A stretch of 64,000 nucleotides of DNA from a virus: IMG/VR virus record IMGVR_UViG_3300028829_006673, one strand, 5' to 3'. Of this stretch, positions 9,201 through 16,496 are shown in pieces. The notes beneath the pieces were generated by a model. The model ran no database searches. It worked only from the letters and a program-made list of their open reading frames with translations, and was not told the DNA's origin. The stretch's first letter is position 1. Every line of letters begins with the position of its first letter. A program made the position numbers and the translations under genes.

Positions 9201-11156
9201 TCTGATTCTCAAATTCGAATGCTAAAAAGTTCTTCACGGTCAATGAAGAGTAAAGTTGAAGGACGAGATCGGTTCTTAAGTGCTGAACAAAAATGGAGAC
9301 ATCGTAAAGAAACAATCGATAAAATTTTGACTGATAAAGATCAAATTAAGGCGATGGCTAAAGAAAGAGAAGAGAGGAATAAAAATAATGCGTTTTCTTA
9401 TGAGGCACCGAGTTTAGATGAATATAAGTATAAACCTTTGGTTGATTTACTCAAAGATTTCTATACTCATCTTGGTAGAACAACAGCAAGAGGTATCAAA
9501 AGCTTAAGTTCTTATAATAAAGCCTTGTCACGATTTAAAAGATTTCATGATATTCCACAAACCTTCAGTCTTACAAGTTTTCAAAAGGTTATTACTGATG
9601 GTGAATACCCAGACAAATCTAATGATATTCAAGATTACGCTCCAAGAAAAGAATACGATCAAAAACAAAAAGAACTTATTCATAAAAAAGAAGATTTAGA
9701 AAAAATAACCAATTCAGAAACAAATCTCTTGCATAGTTGGGAAGACCTTGATGGTGAATTTAAATCTCTGTATGACCTTGATAAGGGAGAGAAGGAAGCG
9801 AATCAAAGAATTTGGGATACTATTCTAAAACTTCAAAGACAGAATGAGGATTTTAAACAATTGAATCCAATCAATCGTAAATCTTTTATTTCAATTTTGA
9901 TTCCTTTATTGAAAGCCCTGTTAGAATATTCAAGGCAATCAACTACTTTATTATCTTTTGCTGACAAATTTATGACTCTTCATTCAAAAGATATAATGCC
10001 TTTGCTAAGATATCGACAAAGTGATCCGAATCATGAGCAAAGTCCATTGAAAAGTAGGTCAGCGATTTCAACTGAAAAATGGGACAATTATAATAGTATA
10101 ATGAGAACATTGATAGGTGGAAGTGATTCGAATGGAATCAAAAGTAAGAATAGTATAGTTGAAAAATTAGGAAAAGAACCAAACGATAATACAGGTTCTT
10201 TTCATCCAGATGAATACCTAGAATACTTAAACTCGGATGAAGTTAATTTAGGGTTCTTTAAAGATATTGACGTTGATTTATCAAGTGGCAATTATAAACA
10301 ACTTGACTTAGAAAAACTGAACAAAAACATTGACGACATTGAATTTTTCTTTGACAAAATGGATCCGGATGCTGAACTTTCAATAAAGGAAAAAGAAAAT
10401 GAAAGCGAGGATGAATATGAGGAAAGAAAAGAAAAGATCATAAAGCTGATCAAAACTTATCACAACAAATATGAAGATGAAATTCTTCTCGTAAAGAATT
10501 TTATTTCAAAAATAAAAGGTAAAGATATTGAAATGCCTTTAGAAAAATTTTATCAAAGTGATCCATATTATAAAAAGGTAGGAACTTATATAAGAGATGA
10601 AATAAAAGGACTGAGTAATCATCAAAAAGATTCTTTAATTATTATTTGCTGTTCGGTTGCGGAAATATTATCAATAAAAAATCATGACCAAAGAGATGAC
10701 AACCAAAAAACTGTAAAATTAAGTGAAGAAAAAATAAAAAGTATTCTTCAAGATTTTGTTCATCGACTAGTGGGCAAAGATAAAGGAGATACTGTAAATG
10801 ATGCGAAACATATTCTCAAAGAATATTTTCGAAAATATAAAGCTCAAGTTTCTGTCAATGAATCATTTGCTTCAATTCGTTGGCGTAAGAATCCAAGGAC
10901 GCATTTGAACAAAGTTACAATGGTTTGTAAAAATAATGAATACAAAAAAAGTCTAAATAGAGAAATAAACATAGCCGGACAAAAGGTCAAAGAAACCATG
11001 TGTTTACCAAAAAGCGCAAAGCCTGCGGTTGATAAAGCAAAAGATAGAAAGTCTTCTCTTAAAAGATGGAAGACGGTTCGTTCAAATCCAGGCAAAATGA
11101 AAATTGCTAAAATGAAAAGAAATTTGACACGCAAATATTCAAAAACTTTAAGGTAG
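6135..11156 (+). CDS. Giant (1673 aa) K/E-rich helical protein with C-terminal gp68-like prohead core domain; start uncertain
   Basis: Occupies the gp68 position. The last ~100 aa are basic, with an R/K-rich terminus like gp68 (KSSLKRWKTVRSNPGKMKIAKMKRNLTRKYSKTLR). The rest has no motif I recognise. Confidence 0.75.
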   Translation: MKLKQHKSHQDMSKKLQAPNTQLRSSEIELILERSFIDDWIEGSKKYVAGERDKLLKKAWNGSRKAAINTGGKLFLRSLEKLGVKSAGEKADLLDQAKELTIAYRENRHNANQSNVQLMKAMNKLGILGDYLAEITTNKNFLERIDNLLQSQFDPESQILLKQVKKSFEERQKHITTANNARLKLMTPLFKPLFDVDFLNNDFKRDILPLESAGLILVDTPQEEEKAKDEIQKKGRPTQLKPELDWKKDPTSSHFRSITDLTVMKNWLEQDINQKDPQKVQKAKEFTTEINSRTSGATREQESNESYQPELFEELFENFVTKKKIKILEAEDRSEYEEDEDGNVSSDEEVDQNIVSELKQEYQEFSKNITEVQEGFENFLTKDFPKHVEEIVKNWRKQISNNSKEKEEDRVDDLLTVAIGNSKRVVKLADEIANEYRIIHGNLTTKSSVQKLLPGISSLLSKVTAQVKNLKSGNNLNNRISANSVRPDDKNLSPYVQSILHEIFIMHGVSLLLFDSYVRDSLSDLDDFFTSNNTPILKPSQKVEKTPFRKLLSTLEKYNKFVSEFSQHTQNLGSNKEVHKLYNFLYDHLYLTKAGENPDDKDEGLFHAAVSHAANKNKKESYDHIKGFADYLGNLLKRNYQEFDDLSKQKLDSLEGRTAFDIRKIDRDRKAAILSWGPHPELQDKKDTDLNEYDSKDFSWQKFIEDKHLYFKNPELYGKQTPAHVIRYIQSLSLEQKQNKWEEYLASKNKVSTEEGEKSVPVIEHLKNDKIIEYINENKVILYTTRTTWAKLRNKWKQKRKEVYNHIERTKYYKFEDLLGKLNKDIAPVSINRNIVAFQIPTINIYHIDTLLKNEESSSEDLNLTIDLDKLAFIADNYSLFEKIVKGNKKSIFIYEQNEDFQNKNLLKVLTQIATILDAFQRSYEPAKKISKVELIQDLTNRESEFFKKLESDINENKVKKEVIILTADFNKIIKGLEKQQTSSMIKLNILATLFYNQDNRGGNTLVQNYAKDIVSESSIESSDSQIRMLKSSSRSMKSKVEGRDRFLSAEQKWRHRKETIDKILTDKDQIKAMAKEREERNKNNAFSYEAPSLDEYKYKPLVDLLKDFYTHLGRTTARGIKSLSSYNKALSRFKRFHDIPQTFSLTSFQKVITDGEYPDKSNDIQDYAPRKEYDQKQKELIHKKEDLEKITNSETNLLHSWEDLDGEFKSLYDLDKGEKEANQRIWDTILKLQRQNEDFKQLNPINRKSFISILIPLLKALLEYSRQSTTLLSFADKFMTLHSKDIMPLLRYRQSDPNHEQSPLKSRSAISTEKWDNYNSIMRTLIGGSDSNGIKSKNSIVEKLGKEPNDNTGSFHPDEYLEYLNSDEVNLGFFKDIDVDLSSGNYKQLDLEKLNKNIDDIEFFFDKMDPDAELSIKEKENESEDEYEERKEKIIKLIKTYHNKYEDEILLVKNFISKIKGKDIEMPLEKFYQSDPYYKKVGTYIRDEIKGLSNHQKDSLIIICCSVAEILSIKNHDQRDDNQKTVKLSEEKIKSILQDFVHRLVGKDKGDTVNDAKHILKEYFRKYKAQVSVNESFASIRWRKNPRTHLNKVTMVCKNNEYKKSLNREINIAGQKVKETMCLPKSAKPAVDKAKDRKSSLKRWKTVRSNPGKMKIAKMKRNLTRKYSKTLR

Positions 11157-11163
11157 AGGACAA

Positions 11164-12033
11164 ATGAAATTACTTGTTGAAAGCTCAGAAGATATCAAGA
11201 GTGTGATTGAAGAAAATGCCGATGGTGAAAAATCACATTTCCTTTCTGGCATCTTCATGCAAGCAGAACAAACCAACAAGAATGGTAGAATCTATACTTT
11301 ACCGATTCTTGAAAAAGAAACAAATCGTTACATTGACGAAAAAGTCAAAACGCAACGAGCATTGGGTGAGTTGAATCACCCTGCAGATCCTACTGTAAAT
11401 CTTGAGCGAGTTTCACACATGGTGACGGAACTTGCAGTGGATGGAAATAATATTATGGGAAAAGCAAAAGTGCTTAACACTCCATGTGGGAATATAGTCC
11501 GTGGTCTTGTAGACGGTGGCGTTAAGCTTGGAGTATCTTCAAGAGGTGTTGGTTCTCTTCATCAAAGAGATGGTGTTTCACTGGTCGGGGAAGACTTTCA
11601 ATTGTCCGCAATTGATGTTGTCTATGACCCTTCAGCACCAAAAGCTTTTGTTGAAATGGTAATGGAATCTGTTGATTGGTTATGGAACGATGAAACAAAA
11701 TCTTATGTAAAGCAGCAAGCTTCAATTCAAGAAGAAAAGTCCTTCACAAACAATCCAATGCCTTTCCTCGATACCTTAGTTGAACTGAAAAGTGAAATCA
11801 AAGGTATGCAAGATAAGGTAATGATGGTGATGAACGAGAATCGAGAGATTCGCAAACTTGTTGAGAATCAAGCTTCTGTGCGTGTGAAGAAGAAAGAACA
11901 AGAACTAGACCGTTTGATTGAAGATACAAAAGACACTATCGAATTGAGTGTCAAGGAAAAGTTACGAGAGAAGCGTGAAGCAGAAACTCTTAAAATCTTT
12001 GACCATTTTTTGAAAGAAGTATCAAAAAAATAA
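11164..12033 (+). CDS. gp21: Prohead maturation protease
   Basis: FLSGIFMQAE, NKNGRIY, ALGELNHP, VSHMVTEL, GKAKVLNTPCG, LGVSSRGVGSL, DVVYDPSAPKAFV motifs; SD GAGGA. Confidence 0.97.
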   Translation: MKLLVESSEDIKSVIEENADGEKSHFLSGIFMQAEQTNKNGRIYTLPILEKETNRYIDEKVKTQRALGELNHPADPTVNLERVSHMVTELAVDGNNIMGKAKVLNTPCGNIVRGLVDGGVKLGVSSRGVGSLHQRDGVSLVGEDFQLSAIDVVYDPSAPKAFVEMVMESVDWLWNDETKSYVKQQASIQEEKSFTNNPMPFLDTLVELKSEIKGMQDKVMMVMNENREIRKLVENQASVRVKKKEQELDRLIEDTKDTIELSVKEKLREKREAETLKIFDHFLKEVSKK

Positions 12034-12038
12034 ATTTT

Positions 12039-12046
12039 TATAAATA
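12039..12046 (+). promoter_or_regulatory. Late promoter TATAAATA
   Basis: Exact T4 gp55 consensus, 48 nt upstream of the gp22 start. Confidence 0.8.
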
Positions 12047-12093
12047 ATCTATAAACGGACTTTAACTGTTAACTATTAAGCAAAGGAATTCTT

Positions 12094-13407
12094 ATGGCCT
12101 CTAACACAGAACTTAAGAGTCAGATTTCCGATTTCATGAAAGATAAATTCGGAGATGAAATCAAAGACTCAACTGACTTAAGTACTGTTGTTGATGAAGA
12201 TAAAGTCGATTCAACAGTCAGTGCTTTGATGAAAAAATTGAAGATTACTCCTTCTGCGACCGAAGTTACAATCAAAAAAGGAACCACAATCAGCACTCTT
12301 GCTACTCAACTTGCAGATGAGCAAGACAAGGATGATGATAGTGATGAGGATACTGTAACTGAAGCACGTCGACGGAGAATGAAGAAGAAAGAAGAAGAAC
12401 TCGAAGAAGCTCGTCGAAAGAAGAAGAAAGAAGAAGACGAGGATCTGAAAAAGAAACTTGATGAAGCTTCAAAGAAAAAGGATGATGACGATGATGACGA
12501 AGACGAAGATGATGAAAAGGAAATGGACTTTGAAGACATTGAAGACAAGGATAATGACGATGATGAAAAAGACGAAGATGATGACAAGAAAGAAGCCAAG
12601 AAGAAAGCTGATAAAAAGAAGGACGTTAAGGAACAGATTGAATCTCTGTTCGCACAAGACGAAACTCTTACAGAGGCTTTCAAAGAAAAAGCAGCAATTC
12701 TATTCGAAACCGTCTTGAATAAAAGAATTGACGAAGAAGTGGACGAGATTCGAGAATCTCTCGAAGAGCAATACAATGAAAATCTCAAGGAAGCGGTAGA
12801 GGCTCATGCTGAACAACTCCATGAAGAATTGGATAACTTGACCACTAAGATTGATGAATACTTGACCTATGTAGCCGAAGAGTGGATGAAAGAGAACGAA
12901 TTGGCAATTGAAAAAGGTGTTCGTGCAGAAATCACTGAAAACTTCATTTATGGATTGAGAAATCTCTTTGCTGAAAACTACATTGACGTTCCAGAAGGCA
13001 AGGAAAATCTTGTAGAATCTCTTGAAGAGCAGACCGAAGAACTTCAAGAACAAGTGAATTCTCACCTCAAGCGCAATATGAGGTTGAAGAAACAACTGCA
13101 GAATGAGCGAAGGAAGAACATCTTGTTTGAAAATTCCTCTGACCTGACAATGGCAGAAAGAGATCAACTCGAGCAGTTGACTGAATCTGTTGACTTTGAA
13201 AGCGAAGATGAATTCGAAAAGAAGATTCAGATCATTAAAGAACATTATTTTTCAAATGACTCTGAAACAACCGTATCAAAGAAAAAAGATATGACTGAGG
13301 AAGAACAGTTTGGTTCTCAAACATTGCTTGAGGATTATCATGCTGAACCTGCCTCGATAACGGCGATTGACGTATATAAAAACGCAATTTCAAAATTTGT
13401 TCGCTAA
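12094..13407 (+). CDS. gp22: Prohead core scaffolding protein
   Basis: Acidic region followed by FKEKAAILFE, IDEYLTYVAEEWMKENELAIEKGVRAEITENFIYGLRNLFAENYIDVPEGK, LTESVDFESEDEF. Confidence 0.95.
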   Translation: MASNTELKSQISDFMKDKFGDEIKDSTDLSTVVDEDKVDSTVSALMKKLKITPSATEVTIKKGTTISTLATQLADEQDKDDDSDEDTVTEARRRRMKKKEEELEEARRKKKKEEDEDLKKKLDEASKKKDDDDDDEDEDDEKEMDFEDIEDKDNDDDEKDEDDDKKEAKKKADKKKDVKEQIESLFAQDETLTEAFKEKAAILFETVLNKRIDEEVDEIRESLEEQYNENLKEAVEAHAEQLHEELDNLTTKIDEYLTYVAEEWMKENELAIEKGVRAEITENFIYGLRNLFAENYIDVPEGKENLVESLEEQTEELQEQVNSHLKRNMRLKKQLQNERRKNILFENSSDLTMAERDQLEQLTESVDFESEDEFEKKIQIIKEHYFSNDSETTVSKKKDMTEEEQFGSQTLLEDYHAEPASITAIDVYKNAISKFVR

Positions 13408-13426
13408 CTTTGAAAAAGTGTAAATA

Positions 13427-13434
13427 TATAAATA
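13427..13434 (+). promoter_or_regulatory. Late promoter TATAAATA
   Basis: Exact consensus upstream of the gp23 SD (AAGGAG). Confidence 0.85.
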
Positions 13435-13477
13435 AGAAAAAACGAAAGTATTTCAATTTTTTAACAAAGGAGAAGAT

Positions 13478-14980
13478 ATGATTCTTAACGAGCAAGTTCA
13501 AGCAAAGTGGAAACCGATTCTTGAACATGAAGAATTACCTCAAATCGACGACAACTATAAGAAAAGCGTAACCGCTATTCTCTTGGAGAACCAAGAAAAA
13601 ATGATGCGAGAGCAAGCAATTCAGCAACAAGGTTCTGGATTGTTCTTGAGCGAGAATCCAAATGGTGGACCGATGGGTTCTAGTATGGATACATCCAACT
13701 TTGCTTCAGGAGTTGGAGATGGTTTACAGGCTACAGTGCCTTACAACGGACACACCTTTGGTGCTGCACCTGATGCTTCCGGTGCTGTTCAGTGGGTTGA
13801 CCCTGTATTGATTTCTCTTGTAAGACGAACCATGCCTAAATTGTTGGCATATGATGTTTGTGGTGTTCAGCCAATGACATCTCCTGTTGGTTTGATCTTT
13901 GCAATGCGTTCACAATACGGATCACCTGGTGTTGTTCCTGGTACAGGAATGGATGGATTTGATGATACACTATTGGGAACAAACGAAGCCTTCTTCGGTG
14001 AAGCAAACACTGCTTACACAGGAACAGGAACTCATGCTGACCTGAAAAATCCTACACAAGTCAATGCGCTTACAGGAACAGATGATCCAGTAGAAGTATT
14101 TTTTAATGGGAATATGAATCATGGTAAAGGAATGCCAACCAGCTGGGGTGAGAACATGGGACGACCTAACGGACCAGAATTCCCAGAAATGTCATTCAGT
14201 ATTGAGAAGATGTCTGTATCAGCCGTAACACGTAAGTTGCGTGGTCAGTATACTCTTGAGATGGCTCAAGACCTGAAAGCAACTCACGGATTGAATGCTG
14301 AAAGCGAACTCGCAAACATTCTCTCAAATGAGATTCTTGCTGAAGTAAACCGCCAAGTAATTCGCACCATCTACACTGTAGCAAAGCCTGGTGCCCAGAA
14401 CACAACTACCGCTCATGAATTTGACCTTTTGGTTGATTCAAACGGACGATGGTCAGTTGAGAAGTTCAAAGGTTTGATGTTCCAATTGGAAGTAGAAGCA
14501 AACCAAATTGCACGACAAACACGACGTGGAAAAGGAAATGTCATTCTTTGTTCCGCTGATGTTGCTTCCGCACTTCAGATGGCAGGAATGCTTGACTACT
14601 CCTCAAACATGAGAGTGTCTTTGAAGACTGACGAAACTGACAACTTGTTTGCCGGTATTCTGAATGGTCAATTCAAAGTATACATCGATCCTTATCTGCC
14701 TGTCAATGCTAAGAAAGCTATGGTATGTGTTGGATACAAAGGAACATCTCCTTATGATGCCGGTGTATTCTACTGCCCATATCAGCCGCTACAAATGCTG
14801 AAGGCACAAGATCCACGAACCTTCACTCCAATCATTGGATTCATGAGCCGAGATGCAATGGTAGCTAATCCATTCTCTCAAGTGGATCGAAATGGTTATC
14901 CAGTGCGTATCCCAGATGACGGAATTACTCCTAATCTGAACGTATACTATCGCAAGATGAAGGTTGTTAACTTGACCTGA
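13478..14980 (+). CDS. gp23: Major capsid protein
   Basis: KWKPILEH, TAILLENQE, PVLISLVRRTMPKLLAYDVCGVQPMTSP, EMSFSIEK, YTLEMAQDLKATHGL, GRWSVEKFKGL, YDAGVFYCPY motifs; predicted gp21 cleavage at LSE59. Confidence 0.99.
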   Translation: MILNEQVQAKWKPILEHEELPQIDDNYKKSVTAILLENQEKMMREQAIQQQGSGLFLSENPNGGPMGSSMDTSNFASGVGDGLQATVPYNGHTFGAAPDASGAVQWVDPVLISLVRRTMPKLLAYDVCGVQPMTSPVGLIFAMRSQYGSPGVVPGTGMDGFDDTLLGTNEAFFGEANTAYTGTGTHADLKNPTQVNALTGTDDPVEVFFNGNMNHGKGMPTSWGENMGRPNGPEFPEMSFSIEKMSVSAVTRKLRGQYTLEMAQDLKATHGLNAESELANILSNEILAEVNRQVIRTIYTVAKPGAQNTTTAHEFDLLVDSNGRWSVEKFKGLMFQLEVEANQIARQTRRGKGNVILCSADVASALQMAGMLDYSSNMRVSLKTDETDNLFAGILNGQFKVYIDPYLPVNAKKAMVCVGYKGTSPYDAGVFYCPYQPLQMLKAQDPRTFTPIIGFMSRDAMVANPFSQVDRNGYPVRIPDDGITPNLNVYYRKMKVVNLT

Positions 14981-15002
14981 TTTTTACGAACAGTGAAAGA
15001 AG

Positions 15003-15034
15003 AAAGCGTGGGTGTAAAAACTCACGCTTTTTTT
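15003..15034. terminator. Rho-independent terminator, probably bidirectional, after gp23
   Basis: Stem AAAGCGTGGGT/ACTCACGCTTT (one G-U pair), loop GTAAAA, T7 tract downstream and a short A tract upstream; lies between convergent genes. Confidence 0.88.
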
Positions 15035-15054
15035 AGGCCTTGGATTTTGAAGGG

Positions 15055-15555
15055 TTAATCTTCAATGAAAAAAAACTCACCTGTCCATTCTTCATCAATT
15101 ATACGAGGAGCAGTTTTTGATTGACGTGCTTGTAGAATCAAATCATTTGATTCTTTTGCGAAGTGACCATCCGCCCATGAAATTGTAACATGAGCAGGTC
15201 CTGGTTTTTGATTGGGTCCTGAATCTCTCTTTTGTAATATCTCACCATTTTCAAAGACCATTTCTGAAACTAAAAATGCTTGAATAAAATAATTCTGATA
15301 AAGTTTATTCATTTTCACTTTAACTTTTTGCCCTATATATCTTTTATATGATTCAGCAACTTTCATTTCAGGCTTGTAAGTGATTGTGATATGATAGAGA
15401 GGTTTGCCTTTTTCGTTTGTTGGATATTTTTTGAAATGAGCATATCTTTCAAAAAGTCTTTTGGATATTTGTGTTGAAGCAACAACAGCAAAATACCCAT
15501 TCACTCTCTGTTCTTCATTAAGTAAAGTATTGATATCTGAGATTAGCTTATACAT
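15055..15555 (-). CDS. 2H phosphoesterase (2',3'-cyclic phosphodiesterase / Acb1-like fold) with capsid-targeting-like leader
   Basis: Two HxT motifs (YHITI, AHVTI) about 65 aa apart; the HVTISWADGHFAKESNDLI pattern resembles tRNA-ligase CPD-type 2H enzymes; N-terminus MYKLISDINTLLNEE. Confidence 0.75.
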   Translation of the reverse strand: MYKLISDINTLLNEEQRVNGYFAVVASTQISKRLFERYAHFKKYPTNEKGKPLYHITITYKPEMKVAESYKRYIGQKVKVKMNKLYQNYFIQAFLVSEMVFENGEILQKRDSGPNQKPGPAHVTISWADGHFAKESNDLILQARQSKTAPRIIDEEWTGEFFFIED

Positions 15556-15575
15556 GATTCTCTGTTTTATAAATT

Positions 15576-15610
15576 GATAAATAATACAAATGAGATATCT
15601 ATTATTTATT
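15576..15610. promoter_or_regulatory. Pair of late-type promoter boxes: GATAAATA on + at 15576, AATAAATA on - at 15603-15610
   Basis: Both boxes lie in the 77-nt gap between divergent genes 15555(-) and 15633(+). Confidence 0.5.
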
Positions 15611-15632
15611 CCATCCTAAGCGCAAAGGGAAC

Positions 15633-16244
15633 ATGCATCAGAATATCAAAGAGTATAATGTAATCAATAGCATTATCAATGGACGAAGACTTCAACCAGT
15701 CGAGAGTGTTTCTCCGGGTAAAGGTCCACAACTTCTTCTCGAGAATGAGCAATTAGAAGCTGATTCCGTAAGAAAGCAAGAAGAACTAAAAAAGAAAAAA
15801 GAAGAAACGAAAAGAGCAGAATTAGACGCAATTGAGGCTCGTAAAAAAGAATTGACTTCAGAAGATTGTCCTCACACTGATGGTCATGATCACAATGAAG
15901 ATTACTGTGCGATGGTCAAATCACAACTTCAAAAATCGGGTCAAATCATTGGTATGATTCAATCAATGCTACCGAAAGATGCTGACCTTCCTGATGAAAT
16001 CAAAGAGAAAATTTCATCCGCAATGGGAAGTTTAGCAGGTGCTGCTTCTGCTATGCGTGATGCGGCATCAAAACAAGATGGTGATAAAGAAAAAGAAGAC
16101 CGACCGCAGCAACAAAGTTCAGCACCTTCAGGTGAAAGAAAAATCACAGCATTTAATGTTCGCCCTGTTAGTGCTTCACCTCAAAGAATGGGTGGTTTCA
16201 GTTTCAATCCACCTAGTTCACAATCAAATTATGACTACGAATGA
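15633..16244 (+). CDS. Putative internal head protein
   Basis: LLLE/QLEA protease-site-like motifs followed by a charged coiled coil. AMVKSQLQK...LPDEIKEKISSA resembles the MAKxQL...LPxWVQxKI motif of T4-like head-associated proteins. SD AAGGGA. Confidence 0.55.
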   Translation: MHQNIKEYNVINSIINGRRLQPVESVSPGKGPQLLLENEQLEADSVRKQEELKKKKEETKRAELDAIEARKKELTSEDCPHTDGHDHNEDYCAMVKSQLQKSGQIIGMIQSMLPKDADLPDEIKEKISSAMGSLAGAASAMRDAASKQDGDKEKEDRPQQQSSAPSGERKITAFNVRPVSASPQRMGGFSFNPPSSQSNYDYE

Positions 16245-16256
16245 TAGGAGATAATT

Positions 16257-16496
16257 ATGGCTGGTTCACCAAATTCTATTAACAAAAGATACGCTCAAGA
16301 AAATTGGTTTGGAAATCCGTTAGGTATTCCTGCTTACGATAACATGGTCAATGAATATGACGCTTATTGGAATCTAGCAAACACAATGTATTATCTTGGG
16401 GAACCAGATCCGCCAATTAACGCAAATCTGGTAGCAAGACTTGAAATGACTTATGATGCGAATCGTAATATGCTTACAATGAAAAGAGTAAAATAA
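16257..16496 (+). CDS. Small conserved phage hypothetical (probably virion-associated)
   Basis: SD AGGAG; pattern IPAYD...Y...VARLEMTYD.N.N...KR seen in small phage structural proteins; abuts the next ORF (TAA then ATG). Confidence 0.6.
   Translation: MAGSPNSINKRYAQENWFGNPLGIPAYDNMVNEYDAYWNLANTMYYLGEPDPPINANLVARLEMTYDANRNMLTMKRVK

Noticed and set aside
12306-12788. 160-aa minus-strand poly-Ser/Phe ORF and other antisense ORFs over gp22
   Set aside because: Shadow of the GAA/GAT/AAG-rich acidic scaffold; no RBS and no independent signal.
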